From IMG/VR virus record IMGVR_UViG_3300044614_002195, positions 1-64,000 of that record: a DNA stretch of 64,000 nt, one strand, 5' to 3'. Made by a program: the position numbers and the translations under genes. The notes under the pieces were generated by a model. It was not told the DNA's origin. It ran no database searches and saw only the letters and a program-made list of their open reading frames with translations. How positions within the stretch are numbered: the stretch's first letter is position 1; every line of letters begins with the position of its first letter. Below are positions 16,570 to 25,400 of the stretch, piece after piece. The stretch is from a virus.

Positions 16570-16907
16570 TAGAGTACCTTGTTAAAAATAGCGTAAAAAA
16601 ATAAAGTCAGAGGTCCTACTATGAAATGTAAAAAAGAACCAAACCAGAGAGCTGAAAAAGCTCCACACCAAAAGCTCAAGCATACAGGGCAAGATACAAG
16701 CCTAACTAAAAACATATCCTTGTAATACTCATGCAAAAAACTGCTATAGTTACCACCATAGCCTTCTAGGTTTAACTTGTTATATTCTTTTAATCTGAAC
16801 AGTACAGGTATCTTTAGCAGATTGAAGTACTCTGCCACCGCATCTGTTCTAAACCATATAAGAATAAAATAAGCTGCCACAAAGGCTATGGTGATAATCG
16901 TGAACAT
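16569..16907 (-). CDS. DUF1360-like membrane protein
   Basis: Hydrophobic helices and LVSCPVCLSFW motif; TAATG-coupled to the fibre gene. Confidence 0.65.
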   Translation of the reverse strand: MFTIITIAFVAAYFILIWFRTDAVAEYFNLLKIPVLFRLKEYNKLNLEGYGGNYSSFLHEYYKDMFLVRLVSCPVCLSFWCGAFSALWFGSFLHFIVGPLTLFFYAIFNKVL

Positions 16908-16909
16908 AA

Positions 16910-17200
16910 TTATTTCAATTTATCTAGCTCAATAATTTTTTGGTACAACTCAGTCAGCATGTTTTTTTGAGCTGTGGTAGCGATCCGCATAGACTGTAAT
17001 TGCTGTAATTGATCTGAACCTGAGCGAAATCTTACTTCAAGTTCTTCAAGATTTTTTGACGCTTGCTTAAGAGCATCAGCGATAATCACCAGAGAAATGT
17101 GGGGATTATTAGGAAGTGTTTCTGCGTACAGCGGAAGCTCAATTTTATCTTCTGGCACAACAGCTGTCTGCGCTTCTTTATTTTCTTCAGTTGATTCCAT
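16910..17200 (-). CDS. Small coiled-coil protein
   Basis: 96-aa ORF with a heptad pattern, in operon. Confidence 0.7.
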   Translation of the reverse strand: MESTEENKEAQTAVVPEDKIELPLYAETLPNNPHISLVIIADALKQASKNLEELEVRFRSGSDQLQQLQSMRIATTAQKNMLTELYQKIIELDKLK

Positions 17201-17205
17201 AGTAG

Positions 17206-17373
17206 TTATTCTATTTCGTTGTTATCTGTAAGCAAGTCTTTAATTTCTGCTTGAATTCTTTTTACTTCTTCGTTGTGGGCTTTAACCACGTCACGTTTGT
17301 TTTTTTTAGCTATCTCCAACTCAATTACAAGGTTGTAGATCTTTTGTTCTTTTGTTGTTTGTTGTTCAGGCAT
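17206..17373 (-). CDS. Small coiled-coil protein (55 aa, MPEQQTTKEQKIYNL...)
   Basis: Manually translated; first gene of the operon after TTGATC-N17-TATGTT. Confidence 0.6.
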   Translation of the reverse strand: MPEQQTTKEQKIYNLVIELEIAKKNKRDVVKAHNEEVKRIQAEIKDLLTDNNEIE

Positions 17374-17453
17374 AGTGACTTATTGTTTGATTGAGCTTGT
17401 GCTCAAGTAAAAACATACTACAGGTAAAAAAGAGGATCAAGCGATTTTTGCAC

Positions 17454-17488
17454 AAAAAAAGACGCAGCTTTTGGCTGCGCCTCTTTTT
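17454..17488. terminator. Bidirectional intrinsic terminator
   Basis: A7-GA-CGCAGC-TTTTG-GCTGCG-CC-TC-T5. Confidence 0.7.
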
Positions 17489-17509
17489 ATTCTAGCTAGC
17501 TGTTTAAGC

Positions 17510-18079
17510 TTATGCTCCAGTTGCGCCTGTTGCTCCGGCAGCTCCCGAAGGACCAGCGACACCAGTTGCTCCAGTTGCGCCTGTACTTGTTCCAGTTGCT
17601 CCGGTTGCGCCGGTTGCGCCGATGTTTTCATCGCCAGAAGCTGTGCCTGCAGTAACGCTTACACCGGTAGTTACGGTGATCTTGAGGCGGTCGCCCTGAT
17701 CGTCGGATGTTTCGCCTTCGGCCAGCCCGGAAACAGGACCCACTCTGCCTGTACCACGCACGTACTCAATTACATAACTGATTTTTGCGTGTTGTGTAGC
17801 TCTGAGTGTCAAGGTCCCAGAAACGTCTGTTCCTGGATAGACGTAGAGCTCAGCAGGGTTCGTGGTATGTACGATGACTGTTGCGCGAATGATGTCCCTA
17901 GAAGGAACGTCAGCAAAAACAATAGTGTCTCCGCTTTCGTACTCGTCTGTGTTGATTACTCCATAGCTGATTTGCAACTTTTCGTAACGGCTGCTCTTGA
18001 GTCCACCGATGCTTGTTTCGCCTTCAGGCATTTCACTCTCAGGACGTTCGTATTTTTGGATATGTACTAGATTTGGCAT
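17510..18079 (-). CDS. Virion decoration-like protein with collagen-like GAT tail
   Basis: Beta-rich N-terminal domain, C-terminal GATGATG repeats, and a long A/C-rich leader like that of the capsid decoration gene. Confidence 0.6.
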   Translation of the reverse strand: MPNLVHIQKYERPESEMPEGETSIGGLKSSRYEKLQISYGVINTDEYESGDTIVFADVPSRDIIRATVIVHTTNPAELYVYPGTDVSGTLTLRATQHAKISYVIEYVRGTGRVGPVSGLAEGETSDDQGDRLKITVTTGVSVTAGTASGDENIGATGATGATGTSTGATGATGVAGPSGAAGATGATGA

Positions 18080-18217
18080 ATTAGTTTATTTTTATTTAGT
18101 TGTTTTTGTTTTTAACAACAGAAAGTCAGGATGCAACAGGAACATTGTTCCCAGAGGATCGAGGATCTACTCCATTGCTAAAAGTATTATTACCTAGGGT
18201 AAAAGTTTTTGCAAGAG

Positions 18218-18625
18218 TTAAATCCAGAATGGATAGCCTACCCTATTAGGTCTAGGCTCCATCCTATAGTCTACGAAAAGTTCCTCGTCTTCAGGTATAT
18301 GCCTATTTGCGACAATCACACGATCTCTGACAATCCAATCGCAATTAGGTTCTCTTGAATGGTTTATGAATGAAAACTTAGAATACTTGTCGTTGGTTAG
18401 GCAGTACTCATTATCTAGCATAACATAGGCATTTCTAGAAATCTGCTCTTCTGTAAGATCAGCGTATTTCATTTTATACCAGCTGGATGGAAAAAGGTTG
18501 TAGTCAACAACAACGTCGCCAGGCTCAAAAGCTCTTGATGAGAACAACCCAAAGCCTTCTACGTGAGACTTTTTTACGTATGTTTCTGGTCCGTTATCTT
18601 CTTCAACTCGAATTATAAGACTCAT
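18218..18625 (-). CDS. SET-domain methyltransferase
   Basis: SHVEGFGLFS (GxG), FINHSREPN (NHS signature) and EELFVDY (ELxFDY-like); no post-SET Cys cluster. Confidence 0.9.
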   Translation of the reverse strand: MSLIIRVEEDNGPETYVKKSHVEGFGLFSSRAFEPGDVVVDYNLFPSSWYKMKYADLTEEQISRNAYVMLDNEYCLTNDKYSKFSFINHSREPNCDWIVRDRVIVANRHIPEDEELFVDYRMEPRPNRVGYPFWI

Positions 18626-18687
18626 AGAGAATAGTTATTATAAGCTACGTCTACAGCATTTCACTAAAAAAGTTCAGTTTTTTTAGG

Positions 18688-19353
18688 CTAATCTCCACCG
18701 ATTAGAATGCCGTACAGCTTGTCTACCTCGTCCCCCGTGTACTGACTTCTATTAGCGTTGTAAATTTTTTCTCCCCAAGCCTGCTTGATACTCATATCTA
18801 AAAGTCCAAGGTCTTTTAGAAGACCATAAAGACGAATTTGAGAATTTTTTATCATCAGTACAAAAAGTTGTTTTTCAGGTAGAAATAATATACGTCCAGA
18901 CTGTCCTGTTCTAGCCTCTGGATTGATGTGAGATTCTGGAATTCCGTCTTGTCTGATCCTGGAATATACACCTGGTAGAAGTCTTTGTTGATTAAGACTC
19001 TCATACTCAGAGCCATTATAAATCACAGTATTATGATTCGTTACATAAGGAATGTGTGCAATCGTTGTAGACTTAGACTCTAGCACTTTACCGGATGCTT
19101 TATGTATAAGATCTACTGTTCCCTTCAAAGGTACTGTAAGGTCTTTCTTTTCGAGTACAGCTTTTTTCTGTGTTGCTGTAGTGATCGTAGGTGCATCTAT
19201 CTTTAGATTTTTAGCCTGCAGTTTAAAATCCTGAGTCTCAATAGCATTTATTTTTTTACCAAAAGAATCTATCGCGGTATCAAATAGCATCTTCCTCAAT
19301 CCGACAGGATCAAAGAAAGGTCTAGTGTTACTTGGAGGATTAGTTGGTTGCAT
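18688..19353 (-). CDS. rpoB: RNA polymerase beta subunit, N-terminal fragment
   Basis: KKAVLEKKDLTVPLKGTVDLIHKASGKV...IAHIPYVTNHNTVIYNGSEYESLNQQRLLPGVY aligns to CxxRxxTYSxPLxVxxRLIxKETGEV...FMGDLPLMTxxGTFIINGxERVIVSQLxRSPGVY. Confidence 0.85.
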   Translation of the reverse strand: MQPTNPPSNTRPFFDPVGLRKMLFDTAIDSFGKKINAIETQDFKLQAKNLKIDAPTITTATQKKAVLEKKDLTVPLKGTVDLIHKASGKVLESKSTTIAHIPYVTNHNTVIYNGSEYESLNQQRLLPGVYSRIRQDGIPESHINPEARTGQSGRILFLPEKQLFVLMIKNSQIRLYGLLKDLGLLDMSIKQAWGEKIYNANRSQYTGDEVDKLYGILIGGD

Positions 19354-19558
19354 GCTTGTTTAATTTTGCTTTTACAGCTCTAGTAATATTTATCCAGGTC
19401 GTATGGTACTCTTCAGAATTTTGGAAGTCTTCTAGAGAAAGAGAGATATCAAAAGATTCTCCAGGGTAAGCAATCTTGTCATCAGCTCCTCCAATCTCCT
19501 CCATAAATGCGCCTTTTATGTTTATTGATGGTATATAGATTTGTTTATTGGCTGCCAT
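19340..19558 (-). CDS. Small hypothetical protein
   Basis: 72-aa ATG ORF overlapping the beta-N gene start; upstream TTGCTT-N17-TATTTT. Confidence 0.6.
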   Translation of the reverse strand: MAANKQIYIPSINIKGAFMEEIGGADDKIAYPGESFDISLSLEDFQNSEEYHTTWINITRAVKAKLNKHATN

Positions 19559-19601
19559 AATTTATCTTAAAATAAATGGTCAGCCTGTTTAAAGCAAGCA
19601 A

Positions 19602-20258
19602 TTACGATTGTTCTTTTAAAAGCTTTTCAAGATAGGCTTTGTTTTCTTCTTTGTTAAGCATCTCTGCCATTTCTGGGTACTTAGAAACGAGTTCTATTTT
19701 TTTACTGTCATCAGGGGATGTTGCTGTGTGTGCTTGCTGCGGAACAGACACAGAGTCGATCACTTTATTAGCTAATCTCATTTGAGCTGCCCTAGCTAAT
19801 GCGTCTGTGACCAGATCTGCCTTTTTAGCTAGTTCTCCTGTTTTCTTAAAATTGTCCACAAAACCTTCGCCCATGTTTGGGGAAGACAATGAACCCACTT
19901 CTCCTGGAGACATATCAAAGATAGTTTTGGGCTTTGCTAGGTTTACGTTTATAATAGGTCTCAAGCCTCCAGGTTGTGCTGAGTGAGATAATCCTCCAAA
20001 TCTGTTATTCAACATCGACGGAAGTAAATTACCAGCTACAGGAGCAAGCCCCTCCATACCTTTTTCAACATACCCAACACCTTTTGATGTTAAATAATTT
20101 GCTCCTGCGCCTGCGGCTGTAAGTCCTCCGCCTACAAGAAGAGGTCTAGCTAGCTTGCCTGCGCCTGCAGCTATAGGGCTAAGTATCTTACCCAAATTTG
20201 CCTTTTTTTGAAAGCTGTCGTCTATACCCTTCGATAGTTCTGTCCAATCAAGTTTCAT
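19602..20258 (-). CDS. Putative internal head/ejection protein (glycine zipper, K-x-A motifs)
   Basis: Start reassigned to MKLDWTEL; FQKKA, AKKA; hydrophobic Gly-rich helix LLVGGGLTAAGAGA. Confidence 0.6.
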   Translation of the reverse strand: MKLDWTELSKGIDDSFQKKANLGKILSPIAAGAGKLARPLLVGGGLTAAGAGANYLTSKGVGYVEKGMEGLAPVAGNLLPSMLNNRFGGLSHSAQPGGLRPIINVNLAKPKTIFDMSPGEVGSLSSPNMGEGFVDNFKKTGELAKKADLVTDALARAAQMRLANKVIDSVSVPQQAHTATSPDDSKKIELVSKYPEMAEMLNKEENKAYLEKLLKEQS

Positions 20259-20259
20259 A

Positions 20260-21261
20260 TTAAGCGTAAGGTTCAAGCTCAACTCTGGTAGGCAGAGACT
20301 CACTCATATACTTCTCAGGCTCTTCACGCATCTTCTTTCTAAGGAGATATGTGAGATACGCTCCGCCTGCAGCTGTACCTACAAGACCAGTTGCGGCAGC
20401 ATCCATTGCTGGCTGGAATGGTTTTTTGGCTACACCTAAAGTATCTGAGAGTAATCTCTTGATGGCGCCTTCCTCAATCTCAGGCTCTTGAAAATCTGCA
20501 GTTTTACCAAATAACGTTGTGTGAGCTATACCGTTACAGAAAGCATCTACGCAAGGAGTTTCAATTTCAGCTGAACCTGTTTTAATTCTGGATAATGTGT
20601 TGATGTACTCCTTCTGTGCATCCATCAATTCTTTATGAATTCTGGCACGCTCTTGCATATAATAGTCTCTTTTAGCGTTATTAAAGCCTTCCTGTCCTCC
20701 TGAAAGCATACGTAAAGGTTCGTTGCTAGTTCTGAATGCCCTGGCAAATAACCCAGGTGAATCTCCATAACTTTCAGTACTTGCCATCTTCTCTGAGTCA
20801 TTATCAAGAGCTAGACGTAAGTTTCGCTGTTTAATTTTTTCATTGATGAGCGCATCAAGCAAAGCTCCTCCACCGAGACCTGCGGCCGCCCCAAGCAATC
20901 CTCCTTGCATAGTTCTTTTTGCGCCATGCAGAAAACCTCTTGATTGGTTTCGTAAAGCTGATCCTGCTCCCCCTCCTGCAATTCCGCCAAGTAATGCGAG
21001 CGGAGCTTTCGTCACATTGACGTCTTCACTGCTTTCGTTATCTTGAGCCATTTTATCTCTAACAGGAAGCATGCTTACAGGAACAGGGATTCTCAATGTG
21101 CCGTCGTCCTTGAACATCTCCTGTCTTTCTAGCAGCTTTCTTTTTTCCTGCTCTTTTGCCAACTGAAGGGCACTAAATAAACTTCTACCAAAAAGCTGAG
21201 ACGCTTCTTGAGTTTCTTCTGGAGATAAAGGTAGTGGTGTGGAGGCTTTTTTATGTTGCAT
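20260..21261 (-). CDS. Putative internal head/ejection protein (glycine zippers, K-x-A motifs)
   Basis: HKKA, DKMA, EKMA, GKTA; segments LLGGIAGGGAG, GGLLGAAAGLGGG, GLVGTAAGGAYL. Confidence 0.6.
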   Translation of the reverse strand: MQHKKASTPLPLSPEETQEASQLFGRSLFSALQLAKEQEKRKLLERQEMFKDDGTLRIPVPVSMLPVRDKMAQDNESSEDVNVTKAPLALLGGIAGGGAGSALRNQSRGFLHGAKRTMQGGLLGAAAGLGGGALLDALINEKIKQRNLRLALDNDSEKMASTESYGDSPGLFARAFRTSNEPLRMLSGGQEGFNNAKRDYYMQERARIHKELMDAQKEYINTLSRIKTGSAEIETPCVDAFCNGIAHTTLFGKTADFQEPEIEEGAIKRLLSDTLGVAKKPFQPAMDAAATGLVGTAAGGAYLTYLLRKKMREEPEKYMSESLPTRVELEPYA

Positions 21262-21267
21262 AATCTT

Positions 21268-21636
21268 TTATTTTTTTTCTTTTTTACTTCCGTAGATTAT
21301 AAACACTCTGAAGTTTCCCTGAGGGGTCCAGGTGTCTTTCCATAGCGTAATCATATAATTCTTATTGTTCATGAGCTCATTGAGCATGTCCTGATCTTTT
21401 TGCTGCTCTGGATCTAGGATGATGTTTTTGAAAACATAATCATCCATCTCCTGGGCTTTAGGTCTCTTCTTGATTCCCTTAGCCATCTCATAAGCATCAA
21501 TTACCGCTTCAGGATCAAATCCCTTGTTGGTAACTTCGTTACGCACATTTCTTTTTTTGCCTGTAATAGACAGGTCGTAGGCGCTTGCACCAAAATCAAA
21601 ATGTTCTGTAGCTCTAACTTCTTTAAATGAATCCAT
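21268..21636 (-). CDS. Hypothetical protein in the cargo operon
   Basis: Start reassigned to ATG 21636 (MDSFKEV), overlapping the upstream stop. Confidence 0.6.
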   Translation of the reverse strand: MDSFKEVRATEHFDFGASAYDLSITGKKRNVRNEVTNKGFDPEAVIDAYEMAKGIKKRPKAQEMDDYVFKNIILDPEQQKDQDMLNELMNNKNYMITLWKDTWTPQGNFRVFIIYGSKKEKK

Positions 21637-21982
21637 GTTCTTTTTTAAGGTTTTCTGTGATACGTCTGACCATGTTAATCTTCTCGCGCTCGCGATCAAG
21701 AGCTTTGTTCACCTCATGCACCGATTTGTCCATCTCATCTAGAGTCAATCCTCCCAAGGCTCCTCCTGTGAGTGTTGTCTTGAATGCAAATTCTGGAAGT
21801 GACCCTGCAGCACCCATAAAATTTCCAGCTATATTGGAAGTTGCTTCGGCTACCTTATAAACTCCTTCACCTGTATTAATAGTTTGTAAAGCCTGTTCAA
21901 ATTCTTCAATAGATGAACCCTGCTTGCTAAGTTCTTCGGCAAGCATGCTCTTGATAGCTTTTGCGTATTTTGTCATTTCCAT
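21623..21982 (-). CDS. Putative internal head protein
   Basis: TKYA, YKVA; TTLTGGALGGLTL followed by a coiled coil. Confidence 0.6.
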   Translation of the reverse strand: MEMTKYAKAIKSMLAEELSKQGSSIEEFEQALQTINTGEGVYKVAEATSNIAGNFMGAAGSLPEFAFKTTLTGGALGGLTLDEMDKSVHEVNKALDREREKINMVRRITENLKKEHGFI

Positions 21983-21984
21983 AC

Positions 21985-22356
21985 TTATATTTTAATTTTT
22001 ATTGTATCTTTGTTGCTATTATAGCTTGAAAATGTCTCAGGGTCATGAAATAAATCATAAACAGCTCGACCAAGACCAAACCCAGCCATAGTCACTAGCA
22101 TCTGTGCAGGCTTTGACATTTTCTCAAAGTTACCTACAGATCTTATCAGTGCTCCTCCTGCAGCTCCAGAGAGCAAGCTATTAAAAGTTTTTGGGTTATC
22201 AAGCATAGCCAATACCGACTGCTTTTTATTTTCGTCAAGCCCATGATCGTTGTTGATGATTTTTGAGAGCACAGAAGCGTTGCTCTGTAATACATCCATT
22301 CCATACATCTTTACACCATATGGAGATATTGCGTTTGGGCTATAGGTGTTTTGCAT
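21985..22356 (-). CDS. Putative internal head/membrane-active protein
   Basis: LLSGAAGGAL and MAGFGLGRAV Gly-rich helices. Confidence 0.55.
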   Translation of the reverse strand: MQNTYSPNAISPYGVKMYGMDVLQSNASVLSKIINNDHGLDENKKQSVLAMLDNPKTFNSLLSGAAGGALIRSVGNFEKMSKPAQMLVTMAGFGLGRAVYDLFHDPETFSSYNSNKDTIKIKI

Positions 22357-22359
22357 AAA

Positions 22360-23340
22360 TTATTTTGCCATGATAGCGGAGCTTGCAACCACTGGAGCAA
22401 CTGCTCCGGCTAGAGGCCAAACTAAAGAATCTGTTCTAGCTCGTGGGTCAATCATGCGCTCATGTACGCGCTCAGGATTAATTTTGTCTCTAATGTCATT
22501 AAAAATTTTTGCACCTATAAGAGAGCGTGCAATGGAGGTTATAGGTTTTTCGCTCATCGAGCTAATCATCCCTTTTCCAAACTCTCCAATACTGCTGAGC
22601 CCAGCGTTTATACTGTTAGCTGCGTCTGTAGCATCATTGAATATACCTCCATTTGAAGAAAGATCAAAGGCTTGTTTTATTGCATCCTGGCCACCTGATA
22701 TTAATGACGCAGTGTCTATAAGCACAGAGTTCACCTGAGGGTGTTCTTCTTCTTTTACGCTCTCAGGAGCGACTGCTGGCGCAACTTGCGTCGGACTGCC
22801 TGACTCCATGGCTTTCAGTTTTGCTATAAATTTTTTGGAGGGGCTATACCTCCAGTTCTGTCCCCCTTCATGCTGCAGCATAAATGTAGGGTTATCTCCT
22901 CCTGTTGCCAGTGTCATATAAATGTTGTCTGGACTGCTTCTATGAATTTGGGCTGTACCTTTACTCAAAGCGTCGTTCTCAAAGTTAAGAATGTTGTCGT
23001 CAGTCATCCTCGAAACTCTAGAGTCTTCTGACGGATATTGCTCAGGAAAACCTCCAAAGCTGTACACAAGATTTCCATCACTAAGCTTCAAGCCATCTTT
23101 AGTTCTAACATATCTCCATTTAGCCTGTCTGCTGATGTTAGGAAGAATGTTTTCGTTTACAGGCATGCTACTGAGGTCTGTAGCCGCTTTCTTTTCTTTT
23201 TTACTTTTTTTAGGTCTGCAGCTGTCTTCAGAGTATGGCTCTTTTCCAGGTACAGTCTCATAACCCTCCCAGCATCTTGCCTGCTTCTGTAGTTCTTCAT
23301 GTACGCCTAGATAGAAGGCTGGAAGGTATATTTGTTGCAT
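22360..23340 (-). CDS. Putative internal head protein
   Basis: Leader AFYLGVHEELQKQA, then EKKA and IKQA; hydrophobic C-terminus. Confidence 0.6.
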   Translation of the reverse strand: MQQIYLPAFYLGVHEELQKQARCWEGYETVPGKEPYSEDSCRPKKSKKEKKAATDLSSMPVNENILPNISRQAKWRYVRTKDGLKLSDGNLVYSFGGFPEQYPSEDSRVSRMTDDNILNFENDALSKGTAQIHRSSPDNIYMTLATGGDNPTFMLQHEGGQNWRYSPSKKFIAKLKAMESGSPTQVAPAVAPESVKEEEHPQVNSVLIDTASLISGGQDAIKQAFDLSSNGGIFNDATDAANSINAGLSSIGEFGKGMISSMSEKPITSIARSLIGAKIFNDIRDKINPERVHERMIDPRARTDSLVWPLAGAVAPVVASSAIMAK

Positions 23341-23342
23341 AG

Positions 23343-25400
23343 CTATTGGCGGTTATAGTAGGCCTGTATAGGGTGAATCTGATTTTCTCCTACACCATAC
23401 GGATCTTTCCATTTGTTCATCATTTCAGGAAGATATTTATGCCCTGCGATGCCTCCAAGTACAGGAGCAGCTATACCCATTAGACCTGAGTCCATACCCA
23501 TTTCTCTAGCAATTAGTGAGGCCAGAATTGCTCCTCCTATTCCACCTGTAGCCTGATTGCTCATAATTGGAAGGGCTCTATGTCTGTCTACTGGGAGACC
23601 ATATTTATCCTGCTCTCCAGCACCTCCTCCTAGAATCTTTTTACCTGCCCACATTCCTCCTAATGCCAGTGGCACGCCTCCGGCTACGAGTGCTCCGCCT
23701 GGTCCAAGTGTGCCTGCAAGCCCTCCTATTCCTGCGCCTACGCCTGCACCAGCAAGCGATCCAAGAGGACCACCTAGCATTCCTGCAGTTCCACCAATCA
23801 TTGCACCTGTTCCTGCGGCTGATAATCCTTTACCTGGAGTCCATCTAAAGGCTCCGGTGTCAATTGGACTTCCTGCAGCCCCTTCACCTGTCATTATATT
23901 GCTGAACGGCACAGCGCTACCAGGATTATTCACATAGTCCTTCGCCCAGTCTCTTGTTTTTGCCAAGCGTCCCGCGTCAGGAGCATGCACACCTTTTCCT
24001 GCCGCCCAGCCTGGAGATTTCATACCCTGAACAACATTAGGATCTAGATTAAGATCTTTACCTATAGCCGACCAATTGTTTTTGCTGATATCTCTTAATT
24101 TAGAGTGAGCTTTAGCTCCTTGTGCTCCTCCTAGTCTTGCCTGCTCTTCCAGCTTTGCGATATGAGATTGAATTGCGTTGGTGCCTACACGATTTAACTG
24201 CTGACCTGCTCTCCCTTTTGCTCCTGCAGATATTTGGTCTAGCATGTCTTTAACTTCTCTGCTGGCTCCAGGACCTATTTGATTTCTCAGGCTTTCAGCC
24301 ATGTTCAATGTTCGCGCCCCTGAAAGATTAGCAGGCATAGTCTGGTCTGTCAGTATGGAGCCAGGAAGCTTGCCTTTTCCCTTGGTCATAATACCTCCAA
24401 GAGATCTGTCAGTAGCGGCTCTAGACAGATAGTCTTTGGTGGCGTTGCTTCCCTGCCATAGAGTTTTGGCTGCGGTAGGTACAGTTTTGCCCATGTGCTT
24501 CCACATCTTGGGGCTGAAAATCATTCTACCCACATCATAGACAGAGCCTGCTTCTTTTACGATTCCGTCGATGAAATCTTCTGAGGCTCCTTCTTTTTGA
24601 AGCGTATCCTTGATTCCCTCCCAAACAACCTGTGCCTCATCGTGAGCTGCCTTGTTGAACGCTTCTGCCGACTTTGTAATTCTGTCAATGTACTCGTCAG
24701 AATAGCCTGCATCTGTAGATGCTGACATCTTTTTAAGCTCCTGGTTTAGATATTGAAGATAGTCCTCTTCGCTGCTCTTGCACATTCCGTCCCTGCATCC
24801 GAAAGCTTGCGAGGCTGGTACAAAGTTGGGGTTTTTCTGTCCTCCGAAACCTGGCTCGGCCTGAGTTCTCAAGTTCGGTCTCTGATGATCAAATACTGGA
24901 GGAGCTACAAATCTGCTCTGCTGGGGCTGACCTTGAGGGGCGAGAGGAATGTATGGAGTTTTGGCCGCAGGCTTGGGTTGAACCACAGGAGCCGGCATGT
25001 TTGGGTTTGCTCTTGCGATCTGTTCTCTCAAAGCCTGCATCTGTGCCTGCTGATAGACAGGATTGTTCTCCATTCTGTTTTGAAATTGAGCTCCCATCTG
25101 CCCTGCCTGCTGATTGAACTGATTCTTCTGCTGAGGAGAAATCTGGGGATTTGAAGCTTTTTGCTGAAGGTTTGAGATCTGCTGTGCTTGCGGATCCTTG
25201 TGCTGCATCATTACCTGCTCTGCTGGAGACGGAGCTCCTGACTTCTTCTCTAGCTCTTTGAACACTCCCAGACAGAAGCTCTCGCTGAAGCCTAGCTCTT
25301 TTGCGACTTTTTTGAACTCGGCTACTTTCTCTGGATTTGTTGTGTCCAGACTCTTGAGCATCTGAGGATTTATTTTTGGAAGGTTTCCTGGTAGAGACAT
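23343..25400 (-). CDS. Large putative ejection/internal head protein
   Basis: Gln/Pro-rich N-terminal half; FCLGVFKELEKKS and FIDGIVKEA motifs; very long Gly/Ala zipper (GLSAAGTGAMIGGTAGMLGGPLG...). Confidence 0.65.
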   Translation of the reverse strand: MSLPGNLPKINPQMLKSLDTTNPEKVAEFKKVAKELGFSESFCLGVFKELEKKSGAPSPAEQVMMQHKDPQAQQISNLQQKASNPQISPQQKNQFNQQAGQMGAQFQNRMENNPVYQQAQMQALREQIARANPNMPAPVVQPKPAAKTPYIPLAPQGQPQQSRFVAPPVFDHQRPNLRTQAEPGFGGQKNPNFVPASQAFGCRDGMCKSSEEDYLQYLNQELKKMSASTDAGYSDEYIDRITKSAEAFNKAAHDEAQVVWEGIKDTLQKEGASEDFIDGIVKEAGSVYDVGRMIFSPKMWKHMGKTVPTAAKTLWQGSNATKDYLSRAATDRSLGGIMTKGKGKLPGSILTDQTMPANLSGARTLNMAESLRNQIGPGASREVKDMLDQISAGAKGRAGQQLNRVGTNAIQSHIAKLEEQARLGGAQGAKAHSKLRDISKNNWSAIGKDLNLDPNVVQGMKSPGWAAGKGVHAPDAGRLAKTRDWAKDYVNNPGSAVPFSNIMTGEGAAGSPIDTGAFRWTPGKGLSAAGTGAMIGGTAGMLGGPLGSLAGAGVGAGIGGLAGTLGPGGALVAGGVPLALGGMWAGKKILGGGAGEQDKYGLPVDRHRALPIMSNQATGGIGGAILASLIAREMGMDSGLMGIAAPVLGGIAGHKYLPEMMNKWKDPYGVGENQIHPIQAYYNRQ

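Noticed and set aside
17301-17313. Further TTTTTTAGCT matches (17302, 48831; reverse at 1085)
   Set aside because: They lie inside coding frames (IAKK, EFFSF, QLKK), lack an upstream hairpin, and lack the full RTYAG tail.
15459-17631. Alternative-frame and antisense track ORFs over the collagen, Ala-rich and other genes (for example 15459, 15786, 17471, 30766, 40396, 44150, 60324)
   Set aside because: They are shadows of low-complexity or strongly codon-biased real genes, with no independent start signals or motifs.
18662-18679. 18-nt near-repeat CACTAAAAAA(G/A)TTCAGTT shared with 51274
   Set aside because: Only two copies, dominated by an A run, and in opposite orientation relative to their genes; plausible by chance.
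12762-19353. Trans-splicing (split intein or intron) joining the RNAP fragments
   Set aside because: No intein terminal motifs (Cys/Ser start, His-Asn end) or group I/II intron elements were seen at fragment ends, and each fragment has its own start and stop.
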